From the IMG/VR virus record IMGVR_UViG_3300036803_000063, positions 1-39,594 of that record: 39,594 nucleotides of DNA; one strand, 5' to 3'. The notes under the pieces are model-generated. The model did no database searches. It was not told the DNA's origin and saw only the letters and a list, made by a program, of their open reading frames with translations. The translations under genes were made by a program, and so were the position numbers. The DNA is from a virus (taxonomy: Duplodnaviria; Caudoviricetes). This document shows, in pieces, positions 1 through 8,776 of the stretch (positions within the stretch are counted from its first letter, which is position 1; each line of letters begins with the position of its first letter).

Positions 1-2
1 CG

Positions 3-203
3 ACCATCGAATGGTTGTCCGGTTTGGGCGCGGTCCAAGAGGCAGCGGCGGTGGCCCGGATTTTCCGGGTCGACCCGGTCAGTTTGCTCGCTGACGACGG
101 CGACGAGTGGCCGATGCTGGTGCGGGTTGCGGCGGCCCGCTACGTGGTGCGTTGCGAGGAAGCGGCAGCGAAGCGGGCTCGATCCGATACCGACGGTCGG
201 TGA
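3..203 (+). CDS. Tail assembly chaperone, C-terminal part (5'-truncated by the window edge)
   Basis: Frame is open from the window start (TIEWLSGLGAVQEAAAVARIFRVDPVSLL...) and lies immediately before the tape measure gene; assignment is positional. Confidence 0.55.
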   Translation, partial: TIEWLSGLGAVQEAAAVARIFRVDPVSLLADDGDEWPMLVRVAAARYVVRCEEAAAKRARSDTDGR

Positions 204-205
204 GC

Positions 206-243
206 GTGTCGTGCCCGTTCGCGCCCGCTCCCGCTGACACGAT
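206..243 (+). promoter_or_regulatory. Late-type promoter copy (GTGTCGT ... TGA-CACGAT)
   Basis: Same motif and spacing as the copies at 4721, 8734, 11611, 15481 and 25622; CGCTGACAnnATCACCCC is shared with 11636-11653. Confidence 0.55.
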
Positions 244-276
244 CACCCCTGGCTCGATGGGCGAGGAGGTGGTGCG

Positions 277-2784
277 GTGGCCGAGGAAGAAGCACATCTA
301 AAGATCACCGCGTCCGACGAGTCGCTCGCCCGCGCCTTGGAGAGTACTGACGCGCACCTGAAAGAGACGCAGCACGAGCTCGGCGAGATGGGGCGTGCCG
401 GGCTCAGGGCGGGTGAAGAACTTAAGACCGGCATGGACCAGGGGCAGTCGGGCACTCAGCGTGCCCGTAACGCCCTGGGGCAGTTCATCCCCGTGGCGCA
501 CGCCGCCGGTAGCGCCGCCAGCGGTGCGGGCGCCAAAGCCGCCGCCGGGGCCGTCGGTTTCACCGCGCTGGCCGCCGCGACCAATAACGCCACGAAGGCC
601 AGTAAGAAGGGCGCCGACGACACCTCGATTGACAAGCTGGCCGGCAAGCTGGGCAAGCTGAGCAAAACTCTCGGCGGCATCAAGCCGATAACCATGCTGT
701 TCAAGTGGGGCACGATCCTCGCTGGTGGTCAGGCGATCGTGGGCATGCTCACGTCGCTGGCCGCTGGCGGCGTGATGGCGGTGGCCCGGCTGGCGCCGAT
801 GGTCGGGGTGCTGGGCGCGCTAGGTCCGGCACTGTTCCTCGGCGCCGGCATGATGGCCATCTTCAAGATCTCCGGTATGGACGTCGGGGCGATCCTGCGC
901 CCGTTGACCAATGACATTCGCGCGATGCGCTATGAGATCACTCAGGCCATGGTGCCCGGTCTCCAGGCATTCAACAGGGAGATACACGACCGGTTAATGC
1001 CGACCTTGAAGACGGGTCTAGTCGGCATGGCCGGATCGTTTGCTACGGCCGCGAAGAACTTCGGCGCAATGATCACCAATGCGCGCACGGTGGGGCAGAT
1101 AGGGACCATCTTCCGAGTCATCAATCCCATTGTCGCGATGCTGGGCAACATTCTCGGGCGAGTGTTCAATGTCTTTATCAATCTCGCCTTCTCCGCGTTG
1201 CCGATGTTCCGGTCCATGGCCGACGGTGCCGACCGACTGACGACTAAGTTCCAAGCCTGGTCGAATAAGATGACCGACTCTGGCCGGGCCACGGCATTCA
1301 TGAACCGGGCATGGGAGCAGGCCAAAAGCGCCGGGCACACCCTGTGGAACACCCTCGTTGCGCTCTATAACATTTTCACCATCGCCGGTCAGGCCGCTCG
1401 TGTCGGGTTCGGTGGCGGACTGGCTTCGGCGTCACAGCGGTTCAGGGACTGGACGCAGTCCGCTAAAGGCGCCGATTCGATCAGGAAGTTCTTCGATGAC
1501 GCGATCCCCGTCCTGAGGGAGACCGGCCGGATCCTGGCCTACCTCGCCGAGGGGTTCGCGCACTTCGGGAACAGCCCGCAGACCGCGAAGCTGCTGGAGC
1601 AGATCCGCACCCAGCTGCTGCCCGCGCTGGGCAACTTGATCAACAACTTTTCGGGGCAGGGCGGACTCGGTCCGGCGTTGGTCAGTGCGATCAGCGGGAT
1701 CGCCCAGGCACTCAGCCAAATCCCCCTGGGTGGCCTGACGCTCATCTTGCAGGCGGTCGCCGCACTGGCCGGGTCCATCGCGTGGCTGGTCGCCAACGTG
1801 CCCGGCCTGGGCCCCGCCATCGGCATCTTCCTGACCCTGTGGACCGTCGCCGGCACCGGACTGAAGGCCGCCGAGATGGGCGTCAAGGCGTTCAATTGGA
1901 TCAGCAAGGCCGCCGGTGACTCGAAGGATCTCTCGATCGCCCAGAAGGCTCTCGGTGCCGTGCTCAAGGGCGTCGGACCGGTACTGCGCACGGTCGGCGA
2001 AGGCATCCTGTTCATCGGCCGGGCGATCGCTGCGGCGTTCATGGCAAACCCGTTCATCGCGATCCTGGTCCTATTCGTCGGCGCACTGGTGTTCATGTGG
2101 TTCAAGTTCGACTGGTTCCGCAACGGGATCATGACCGGCCTCAAGCAGATAGGCGACTTCTTCGTCTGGATCTGGGACGGCATCAAATGGGCCGTCAGTG
2201 GCGTGTGGGATTTCATTAAATGGGTTTACAACGGGATCGCGAAGGGTTGGAACGCCATCCCTGACATCAAGATCCCTGATGTAATCCCCGTTATCGGCGG
2301 TACCTCATTCGGCCTGCCGAAGCTCCCGCTGCTGGCGAAGGGTGGAGTTGTCGAGTACGGCATGGCGATCGTAGGCGAGCAGGGCCCGGAAGCCCTGGTG
2401 GCCGGCGGGAAACTGCTCGGCATGGTCGGTACGAGCGGGCCGGAGCTGCGCACGGACCTGCCGCGTGGCAGCTACGTCGTACCCAGCCCGGGCACCATCG
2501 CCAGCGGCATGTTCCATTCGCTGCCTGACTCCGTGGTGAACGCGGTGGCCGAGGTGCCCGGCTACGGGGAACTGCTGAACCGTCCCTCGGCGGCGCCGGG
2601 CGCCCCGCAGGTCGATGTGCGGGTCGACACCGGCGGCGCGGAAGTAGTCGAGGCCGTAGACCGGCTGACAGCCGCCCTGACGCGTCGGCCGCCGCCCGGT
2701 GGGGATGACAAAGCGGAGAAGCTGCTGGCCGCTGTGCTGCGCGATCGGCGCCAGGAAACCATCACGAACCGCTACCGGTACTAG
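277..2784 (+). CDS. Tail tape measure protein (835 aa)
   Basis: Long Ala/Gly-rich helical ORF, Trp/Phe-periodic region (WFKFDWFRNGI...WDGIKWAVSGVWDFIKW), C-terminal LAKGG...VGEQGPE motif, GAGGAGG RBS. Confidence 0.92.
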   Translation: MAEEEAHLKITASDESLARALESTDAHLKETQHELGEMGRAGLRAGEELKTGMDQGQSGTQRARNALGQFIPVAHAAGSAASGAGAKAAAGAVGFTALAAATNNATKASKKGADDTSIDKLAGKLGKLSKTLGGIKPITMLFKWGTILAGGQAIVGMLTSLAAGGVMAVARLAPMVGVLGALGPALFLGAGMMAIFKISGMDVGAILRPLTNDIRAMRYEITQAMVPGLQAFNREIHDRLMPTLKTGLVGMAGSFATAAKNFGAMITNARTVGQIGTIFRVINPIVAMLGNILGRVFNVFINLAFSALPMFRSMADGADRLTTKFQAWSNKMTDSGRATAFMNRAWEQAKSAGHTLWNTLVALYNIFTIAGQAARVGFGGGLASASQRFRDWTQSAKGADSIRKFFDDAIPVLRETGRILAYLAEGFAHFGNSPQTAKLLEQIRTQLLPALGNLINNFSGQGGLGPALVSAISGIAQALSQIPLGGLTLILQAVAALAGSIAWLVANVPGLGPAIGIFLTLWTVAGTGLKAAEMGVKAFNWISKAAGDSKDLSIAQKALGAVLKGVGPVLRTVGEGILFIGRAIAAAFMANPFIAILVLFVGALVFMWFKFDWFRNGIMTGLKQIGDFFVWIWDGIKWAVSGVWDFIKWVYNGIAKGWNAIPDIKIPDVIPVIGGTSFGLPKLPLLAKGGVVEYGMAIVGEQGPEALVAGGKLLGMVGTSGPELRTDLPRGSYVVPSPGTIASGMFHSLPDSVVNAVAEVPGYGELLNRPSAAPGAPQVDVRVDTGGAEVVEAVDRLTAALTRRPPPGGDDKAEKLLAAVLRDRRQETITNRYRY

Positions 2785-2795
2785 GAGGTGAGCAC

Positions 2796-3488
2796 GTGGC
2801 ACTGACCGTGATCCGTGACCCGGTGAGCGGGGTCAGCTACACCGCCGTGCCCGGCCTCAAGGCGTACCTGGTCACCGAGTCCGGCGGAGCATCGTTTTCC
2901 TTCCAGTTCGCCCCGCCAGTCATCGAGTACGCACTGCTGGAAGACAACTACGTAGAAGTGGAACGGGTCGGGCTGCGACCGCTGCTAGTCCGCAAGGGCG
3001 CGAAGCTCAACACGATCAAGTTCACCGCCCAGATCGCCAGCAAAACCAATTTCTTCGAGGAGCAACAGGGCTACCTCGACACCCTGGTTGCGGTGGCGCG
3101 CTCCCGCGAGCGGGTGATGATGCGCTACAGCGTCTATGAGGCCGGGCTATGGCGTATCACGACGCTGGCGGTGTCCTCGGTCGTGCGCGACCCGGTGACC
3201 AACGGGATCCTGCAAGCCACGGCGGACCTCACGCTGACTATGGCCAGTGATCCGGCCGGCGGGGTCGGGCCGGTGTCGGCCCCAGTGAATCCGCAGCCTG
3301 CGCCAGCGGCAGCGGCGACGACAGCGCCGCGTACCTATACGGTTGCCCAGGGTGACTCCCTATGGTCGATTGCTAACCGATTCTACGGTCGCGGGGATCG
3401 CTGGCCAGTCATCTTCGACGCCAATCGAGACAAGATCACCACGCCGTGGCTGATCAATCCGGGGACGGTCCTCACCATCCCCCCGTAA
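2796..3488 (+). CDS. Tail tube initiator / baseplate protein with C-terminal LysM domain
   Basis: YTVAQGDSLWSIANRFYGRGDRWPVIFDAN...LINPGTVLTIP is a LysM domain; follows the tape measure as in contractile tails; GGAGGTG RBS. Confidence 0.88.
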   Translation: MALTVIRDPVSGVSYTAVPGLKAYLVTESGGASFSFQFAPPVIEYALLEDNYVEVERVGLRPLLVRKGAKLNTIKFTAQIASKTNFFEEQQGYLDTLVAVARSRERVMMRYSVYEAGLWRITTLAVSSVVRDPVTNGILQATADLTLTMASDPAGGVGPVSAPVNPQPAPAAAATTAPRTYTVAQGDSLWSIANRFYGRGDRWPVIFDANRDKITTPWLINPGTVLTIPP

Positions 3489-3495
3489 AGAGGAG

Positions 3496-3939
3496 TCAGC
3501 TATGCCGTGGATCAACGCCCTGATCATGATTGTGATCGGCGTCGTGCTCATCGCCCTGGACACTCTGTTTCCCTATCCGCTGTCCACCATCGCCTACGTG
3601 GTCGGCATCCTGCTCGCCGTTATCGGGCTCATCTTCCTGATTCTGGGCCTCGTGCGCGGCGGCCCTGGCACGCGTGTCTAGCACGTAGTTCAGCTCAGAG
3701 ACGTAGTCGGTTACGTCGCCCAGGCGGCCGTAGGCGGCGAGCTCGTGCAGCTGGGCGTCGTGCAGTCGCACCCAGACCCCCTCGTGCAGGATGCACGACC
3801 AGCACCAGGGGGTGAGCTCGCCCCGCTCGACCAACTCCAGGGTGCCGCAGGTCACGAGCACCTGATCTCCGCAGTTGTGGCACTCCCGCAATACCGAGTC
3901 GATACCACCGTTGCCCTGGGCGATGGTCGAGCACAGCAT
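3496..3939 (-). CDS. Hypothetical CxxC...CxxC protein (start uncertain)
   Basis: MLCSTIAQ...ECHNCGDQV...WCWSCILHE, with G/C-rich third codon positions; its last ~60 codons run antisense through 3502-3681. Confidence 0.4.
   Translation of the reverse strand: MLCSTIAQGNGGIDSVLRECHNCGDQVLVTCGTLELVERGELTPWCWSCILHEGVWVRLHDAQLHELAAYGRLGDVTDYVSELNYVLDTRARAAAHEAQNQEDEPDNGEQDADHVGDGGQRIGKQSVQGDEHDADHNHDQGVDPRHS
3502..3681 (+). CDS. Small 2-TM membrane protein (59 aa, not in ORF track)
   Basis: AGGAG 6 nt before ATG; MPWINALIMIVIGVVLIALDTLFPYPLSTIAYVVGILLAVIGLIFLILGLVRGGPGTRV. Confidence 0.75.
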   Translation: MPWINALIMIVIGVVLIALDTLFPYPLSTIAYVVGILLAVIGLIFLILGLVRGGPGTRV

Positions 3940-3963
3940 CGGGAGTCCGGCGGGACTTTCTTC

Positions 3964-4029
3964 GGGCCGGACGCGCCGCCTTAGGATTCGGAGAGTCGAT
4001 GTCGGGGGGTCCGGCGGCGCGTCCGGCCC
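3964..4029. repeat. Perfect 17-bp inverted repeat with 32-bp spacer (hairpin, possible terminator)
   Basis: GGGCCGGACGCGCCGCC (3964-3980) is the reverse complement of GGCGGCGCGTCCGGCCC (4013-4029). Confidence 0.85.
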
Positions 4030-4562
4030 CACGGTTTGAGCACTGACAGCACCGTCGCTGTTGTCAGTGCCAGTACGCCGCCGATGCGCGCCGCCGGGCT
4101 TGCCACGTGCGCCAGTATCAGGGCTAAGCCGATCGTCGTAAGCACGGCTGCGATCGCCGTCTTTCCGAGTAGCCACCAGTGCTGGGTTAGACCCCAGGGG
4201 GTGCCGGCCGCGAGCCAGAGCCCACTGGATAAGACCAGGCCAACCACCGGAACGAGTATCCACGGGATGAGTGTGCCAGCCTCTCCGTCGAGGATTCTAG
4301 AGTCGCCGGCCAACCCCCCATGCTGGCCGGCGACGTCGAATAAGACCAGGGTGAACAGCATCCCGGTCCAGATGGATGAGCTCACGGCGTGCACCGCGAG
4401 CAGGACCGCGCGAGCCCGGCGCGACAAGCGCCGAGGACGGTTAATTCGGGCGACCGCGCTGTCGGGGGATGTCGACGGAGAAGTAGAAGGTGGGCGTGCA
4501 CCAGGTGCAGGGTTGACAAGGCTCAAATTTATCAACTGCCACGGGGGCGTCGATACAGCCAT
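3981..4562 (-). CDS. DUF2269-like integral membrane protein (true start probably further downstream)
   Basis: LSRRARAVLLAVHAVSSSIW, LSSGLWLAAGTPWGLTQHWWLLGK and LSVLKPWGR resemble actinobacterial DUF2269 proteins; about 4 TM segments. Confidence 0.7.
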   Translation of the reverse strand: MAVSTPPWQLINLSLVNPAPGARPPSTSPSTSPDSAVARINRPRRLSRRARAVLLAVHAVSSSIWTGMLFTLVLFDVAGQHGGLAGDSRILDGEAGTLIPWILVPVVGLVLSSGLWLAAGTPWGLTQHWWLLGKTAIAAVLTTIGLALILAHVASPAARIGGVLALTTATVLSVLKPWGRTRRRTPRHRLSES

Positions 4563-4683
4563 GGATGCCGTCGAGCGTGGCTCGCCGCAGGGCGGTCACC
4601 TCGCTTATAGCACATCGGTCGTGTGTCTCCTCACGAGTGGTCATGCTTCGATGCGACCACACACATAGTGGCCGGTCAATCAC
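4441..4683 (-). CDS. Possible small Cys-rich hypothetical protein
   Basis: AGGAG ~12 nt upstream; CQPCTWC cluster; overlaps the doubtful N-terminal extension of the DUF2269-like ORF. Confidence 0.3.
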   Translation of the reverse strand: MIDRPLCVWSHRSMTTREETHDRCAISEVTALRRATLDGIHGCIDAPVAVDKFEPCQPCTWCTPTFYFSVDIPRQRGRPN

Positions 4684-4720
4684 TCACTGGTGGCTCTCCT
4701 GGGTGCTGTCAGTAATCGGT

Positions 4721-4757
4721 GTGTCGCACCTGTAGACGCGGCTGCGCTGGCTAGGTT
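4721..4757 (+). promoter_or_regulatory. Late-type leaderless promoter (GTGTCGC-N24-TAGGTT-N6-GTG)
   Basis: No RBS before the 4764 start; -10-like hexamer ends 6 nt before the start; upstream box at the conserved spacing. Confidence 0.6.
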
Positions 4758-4763
4758 GACGCG

Positions 4764-6635
4764 GTGGCAGCCGGGCAGGTTCACCTCACCGGGCCACAGG
4801 TGGCTCAACTCGTCGTCGAGGCGAACTTCCCGCCGCAGGACCGCGTAACAATGGTCGCGATCGCTAAAGCCGAATCAAGCTGGACCGTAGACGCGATCAA
4901 CACCGCCAACAGCAATGGCACGGTGGACCGTGGCCTATTTCAGATCAACTCTGTTCATTCCCAGTACAACGCCCAACAGCTGCTGACCGACCCCCGTTAC
5001 AACACGACGGCCGCTAAGGCGATCTACGACGGGCAAGGGCTCAAGGCGTGGTCGACCTACAACGCCGGTCAGCACGTCCCCTACATGCAGGAGTCCGCCC
5101 AGGCAGTCGCCAACGCTGGTGGACTCGTCGGCCTGCCGCCCGTGCCTGGCTCCGACCCGGCCAGTCAGACACAGGTCTACGGGCCGCTGGCCAGCGAGGA
5201 AGTGCGAGCGGGCAAGGGCGTGGCCCTGGATTTCAACTCTCCCACGGCGGACGGATCCCTCGGGGTCATCTATGTCCTCGGTACCCAGATCAGCAACAAC
5301 GTCGGGCCACTAATAATCGAGGAACCGAAGTTCACCGCCGGCATGACCGTAATCCCGCACATGTCGTTCTCGGTCATGGATTTCAACTACAACATGAGCA
5401 ACCTACAGTTGTTCGATTCCGGCAACCGAGTCACCTGGCGCGACGCCGACATGCGCACCGACACCGTTACTTTCGCCCCCGGCACCCACGGACAGGGGGA
5501 GGCCGAAGTCGTTGCCGAAGACGGCATCGTGCACGCGCTACGACTTCTCCGGGGGCCGAACGTCGTCAACAACATCGACGCCGTCACCTACGTGTTCCAA
5601 GAGCTGTCCACCGCCGGCTACGACCCCACGAAGTACCTGCTCGGCGAGGCCGTGCCCACCCAGTCATCCATCAGTCGCGACGTGTGGGATCCATCGATGG
5701 GCGCCGTCACCGAAGCCGAGTACCCCAGCGCCTGGACGACGATCAACCGCCTGGCAAAAGAACTGGGCAAGTGGTGCTGTATCTCCGGGCGCCGGCTCAT
5801 CTTCGGGTCCGCCCGCTTCTGCATGGCCTGGGCTGCCGCCAGCCCGGTCTACCTCGGCTGGGACCGCGCCCCGGCCGAGGAGGCAATGATGGACATGCCG
5901 ACCACCACCCGCACGACCATCGCCGAACGGCAGATGATCCTCCAGGTCAAATGCCGTGTCCCGCACGCGCGGGCGAACCTGTTCCGCCCCGGCGTGCCCG
6001 TCAACGTCTACGGCGTCGTCGGCACCGTCTACGGGCCTAACAAGACCCCAGCGACGCGCGCCAACCCGCTGCTGATGATGGTCACCGACATCGAGCACGT
6101 GCTCGCCACCGACACCGACGGCGCTGATGTCACCCTCGTCGAACCCGTCGACCCCTACCCGCACCCGCCGGGATCGACGCTGAACCCCAACGATCCGAAG
6201 GCGCCGCTGGCCGGCGCACTCGGTATCTCCGGCGGTGGCGCCGACGGACAAGTTGAGTCATTCGTGCGCAATGCGCTGTCTCAGACCGGCAAGGCCTATG
6301 TCTACGGGGCGCAGCCGTCGGCCACGGACCCGAACCCGAACAGCTTCGACTGCTCAGCACTGGTGCAGTGGGCGGCCACCCGTGCGGGTATCGCGGGGGT
6401 GCCCCGAACGTCACAGGCGCAGCACGCGTGGTGTGACCAGATCTCGGCGACCACGGCGATCGCCACTCGTGGCGCGCTGCTGTTCCCGTCGACCTTGACG
6501 CACGTGGCGATCTCGTTGGGCAACGGGAAGACCATCGAGGCTTCGACCGAGGGGGTTCCGGTCGGTCAGCTCAACGCCAACACCAGCCGTTTCCAGCTCG
6601 GCGGCCGGCTCAAGGGCGCATTGGGGTACCCGTAA
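4764..6635 (+). CDS. Baseplate hub fused to N-terminal lytic transglycosylase and C-terminal NlpC/P60 peptidase
   Basis: AIAKAESS...DRGLFQINSVH...GLKAWSTY (SLT); GKAYVYGA...FDCSALVQWA...HVAISLGNGKTIEAS (NlpC/P60 Cys-His); central hub identity inferred from position. Confidence 0.85.
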   Translation: MAAGQVHLTGPQVAQLVVEANFPPQDRVTMVAIAKAESSWTVDAINTANSNGTVDRGLFQINSVHSQYNAQQLLTDPRYNTTAAKAIYDGQGLKAWSTYNAGQHVPYMQESAQAVANAGGLVGLPPVPGSDPASQTQVYGPLASEEVRAGKGVALDFNSPTADGSLGVIYVLGTQISNNVGPLIIEEPKFTAGMTVIPHMSFSVMDFNYNMSNLQLFDSGNRVTWRDADMRTDTVTFAPGTHGQGEAEVVAEDGIVHALRLLRGPNVVNNIDAVTYVFQELSTAGYDPTKYLLGEAVPTQSSISRDVWDPSMGAVTEAEYPSAWTTINRLAKELGKWCCISGRRLIFGSARFCMAWAAASPVYLGWDRAPAEEAMMDMPTTTRTTIAERQMILQVKCRVPHARANLFRPGVPVNVYGVVGTVYGPNKTPATRANPLLMMVTDIEHVLATDTDGADVTLVEPVDPYPHPPGSTLNPNDPKAPLAGALGISGGGADGQVESFVRNALSQTGKAYVYGAQPSATDPNPNSFDCSALVQWAATRAGIAGVPRTSQAQHAWCDQISATTAIATRGALLFPSTLTHVAISLGNGKTIEASTEGVPVGQLNANTSRFQLGGRLKGALGYP

Positions 6636-7636
6636 TGGTCGCGACGGTTGGCGGCAACTACGGGACGCTGCACCGCGCCATCGTGCGTTCGGTGACCGCG
6701 ACCGGGGTCACCGTGGAGATCCCGCTGCTGGCCCCGAACGCCAGTTGGGGTCCGATCCCCACCGCCGTACCGAACCTGGCGGTCGGCGAAGCCGTGATCT
6801 GCGCCCAGATCTCCACCTCCCGAGACACCCTGGTCGTGCTCGGCCGGGTGCCTGGTCGCGCCCCTGCGGTGGGCGAGATACCGACTTTGTCGGCCACGAT
6901 CGCCGCCTTGCAAGCCACCGACGCCGCCGCCGCGACGTCGGCCGCCGCGCTGACCGCCCGGGTAACCGCCGCTGAAGGCAACATCACCGCCAACGGTACG
7001 GCGATCGCGACGAACACCGCTGCGATCGCTGCACACGGGACGCGGCTGACCACCGACGAATCCAACATCACCACCAACACGACCGGGCTGGCCACGGCTA
7101 ACACAGCGATCACCGCCAACGGCACGGCGATCACCGCGCATGGCGTGCGGTTGACCGCACTGGAGGATCTGACGGCGGTCGGCAAGTCCCGCGCGGTGTA
7201 TCAAAAGAATGACCAATCACAGAATAATGCCAACGGCGGCACCACCTATACCAACTCCACCGATCTTGTATTGCCAGTGGTCGCCAACGGCGTTTACCTC
7301 ATGGAGTCGCAGCTCATTTACGACACCACCACCGTCCCCCAGATCAAGATCAAGTTTTTGTTGCCGACGGGCTCGCCAGCCCTGCGGATCGCCCCGTGGT
7401 TCTCCGGCGATCCGGCCGGCAACGCCGCGATCTGGCACGACGTCTTCGACGGAGTCGAGTTCTTCCCGGGTGCCAAGAGTTCCAGCGGCGGGTTCATGAG
7501 CTGCCGCCCCGGCGTGATGTTCACCGTCGGCACCACCGCCGGCAATCTCAACGTCCAGTTCGCCCAGAACACCGCCGACGTGACCAGTGCGGTGCTGAAA
7601 GTCGCCTCCTGGATGCGTCTGACCCGCATGCTGTGA
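6635..7636 (+). CDS. Baseplate spike / central fibre: gpV-like N-domain, coiled coil, beta-rich head
   Basis: N-terminal RAIVRSV...VEIPLL...LAVGEAVICA...LVVLG pattern; heptads ITANGTA/IATNTAA/IAAHGTR; follows the hub with a TAATG overlap. Confidence 0.7.
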   Translation: MVATVGGNYGTLHRAIVRSVTATGVTVEIPLLAPNASWGPIPTAVPNLAVGEAVICAQISTSRDTLVVLGRVPGRAPAVGEIPTLSATIAALQATDAAAATSAAALTARVTAAEGNITANGTAIATNTAAIAAHGTRLTTDESNITTNTTGLATANTAITANGTAITAHGVRLTALEDLTAVGKSRAVYQKNDQSQNNANGGTTYTNSTDLVLPVVANGVYLMESQLIYDTTTVPQIKIKFLLPTGSPALRIAPWFSGDPAGNAAIWHDVFDGVEFFPGAKSSSGGFMSCRPGVMFTVGTTAGNLNVQFAQNTADVTSAVLKVASWMRLTRML

Positions 7637-7657
7637 CGGGGGCGATACGGTGATCGC

Positions 7658-8731
7658 ATGACGCCACGGCTGATCCACGTGCAAGGATCCGTCCCCGCCC
7701 GCACCCCCGCGATAGCCATGGAACTGCTAGCCGACAAGCTCGGCTCCCGGATGAGTGGATTCCCCCACGGCGAGATCAAACGGCCCAACTGGGTGATCGA
7801 GATCGTCGAGGGGCGAACCGAAGACCCGGATCTGATTACCGTGCGCCATTCCCGGATGCACGAGCCGATCCCCCTGCGCCCGTTCCTGCACCCACCGCGC
7901 TACATACCCCGCCCCGGCGTGCGACTCACCGGCGACATGCTGGCACTGCCCTACGCCGCCGAAGCGATCGCCACCCATCCGATCTACCGGAAGTTGGTCG
8001 AGCAGTACAACCTGCCCGCAGACCTGTCACCGCAGTACGGCATCCCCGACCCGCTGAATCTTTCCGCGTTCTCCTGGCTCAACCCACTACGCCACTATCC
8101 CGCCGAAGCCGACGCCGCGCTGCGGGAGGTCAACAACATTTGGGCGATCACCGACGGGCGCGTGCTCTACCAGCTGGAGATCCCTCTCCAGACGTGCGCG
8201 GTAGCGTGGGCGCCGAAACGTCTACGCTCCCGGGTCGCCGAGTCGATGGCCCGGCGCATCAGCGAGTTCATCGCCCGCACCCCGCTTGGTTCCGCGTGGA
8301 CGGTGCACCTGTGCGTCGGAAACAAAAACGACATGCCACTCGTCGACCTGACCGACGTCGCGGCGCTGGTGGAGCTGCTCAATGCGCTGGGCGCCTACTG
8401 GCCGAGGACGCAGGCGCTGGTCGGCGCGAGCTTGCCGTTCGGCTCCAAGGTGCGCCCGGTGCCCTTGACGGCGAACTACTACACGGCGCTGTCCGACGTG
8501 TTCCTGCCGCCGAATGTGCAGCTGGCCGCCGGCCTGGTCCGGGGCGATGTGCCGCCGGACAGTCCCGGCTGGAGTGACTGGGTTGGCCAGCATCAGCGGG
8601 CGCTGAATCGCATTGAGCGGATCGCCGACCGGGGCCCGTGGAAGATCTCCACGCCGTGCGGGTGGAGTCGAGCGCCGGAGAACGCGGAGTCCACCGTGCG
8701 ATTGCTTCTCGCGCTGTCCGACGCCGCTTAG
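7658..8731 (+). CDS. Cobalamin-independent methionine synthase catalytic-domain-like (MetE/URO-D fold) enzyme
   Basis: N-terminal GSVP, PHGE..R.NW, QLEIP, VHLC (HxC) and C-terminal STPCG motifs; leaderless TACGGT-N6-ATG. Confidence 0.7.
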   Translation: MTPRLIHVQGSVPARTPAIAMELLADKLGSRMSGFPHGEIKRPNWVIEIVEGRTEDPDLITVRHSRMHEPIPLRPFLHPPRYIPRPGVRLTGDMLALPYAAEAIATHPIYRKLVEQYNLPADLSPQYGIPDPLNLSAFSWLNPLRHYPAEADAALREVNNIWAITDGRVLYQLEIPLQTCAVAWAPKRLRSRVAESMARRISEFIARTPLGSAWTVHLCVGNKNDMPLVDLTDVAALVELLNALGAYWPRTQALVGASLPFGSKVRPVPLTANYYTALSDVFLPPNVQLAAGLVRGDVPPDSPGWSDWVGQHQRALNRIERIADRGPWKISTPCGWSRAPENAESTVRLLLALSDAA

Positions 8732-8733
8732 GC

Positions 8734-8770
8734 GCGCCACAGCGGTGACCACGGCGGCGCGTGACACCAT
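8734..8770 (+). promoter_or_regulatory. Late-type leaderless promoter (GCGCCAC-N24-CACCAT-N6-GTG)
   Basis: Motif and spacing shared with the other copies; no RBS before 8777. Confidence 0.55.
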
Positions 8771-8776
8771 GCCGCC

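Noticed and set aside
3964-4029. Invertible phase-variation switch
   Set aside because: No recombinase in the window, and inverting the spacer by hand gives no sensible fusion with the downstream CxxC frame
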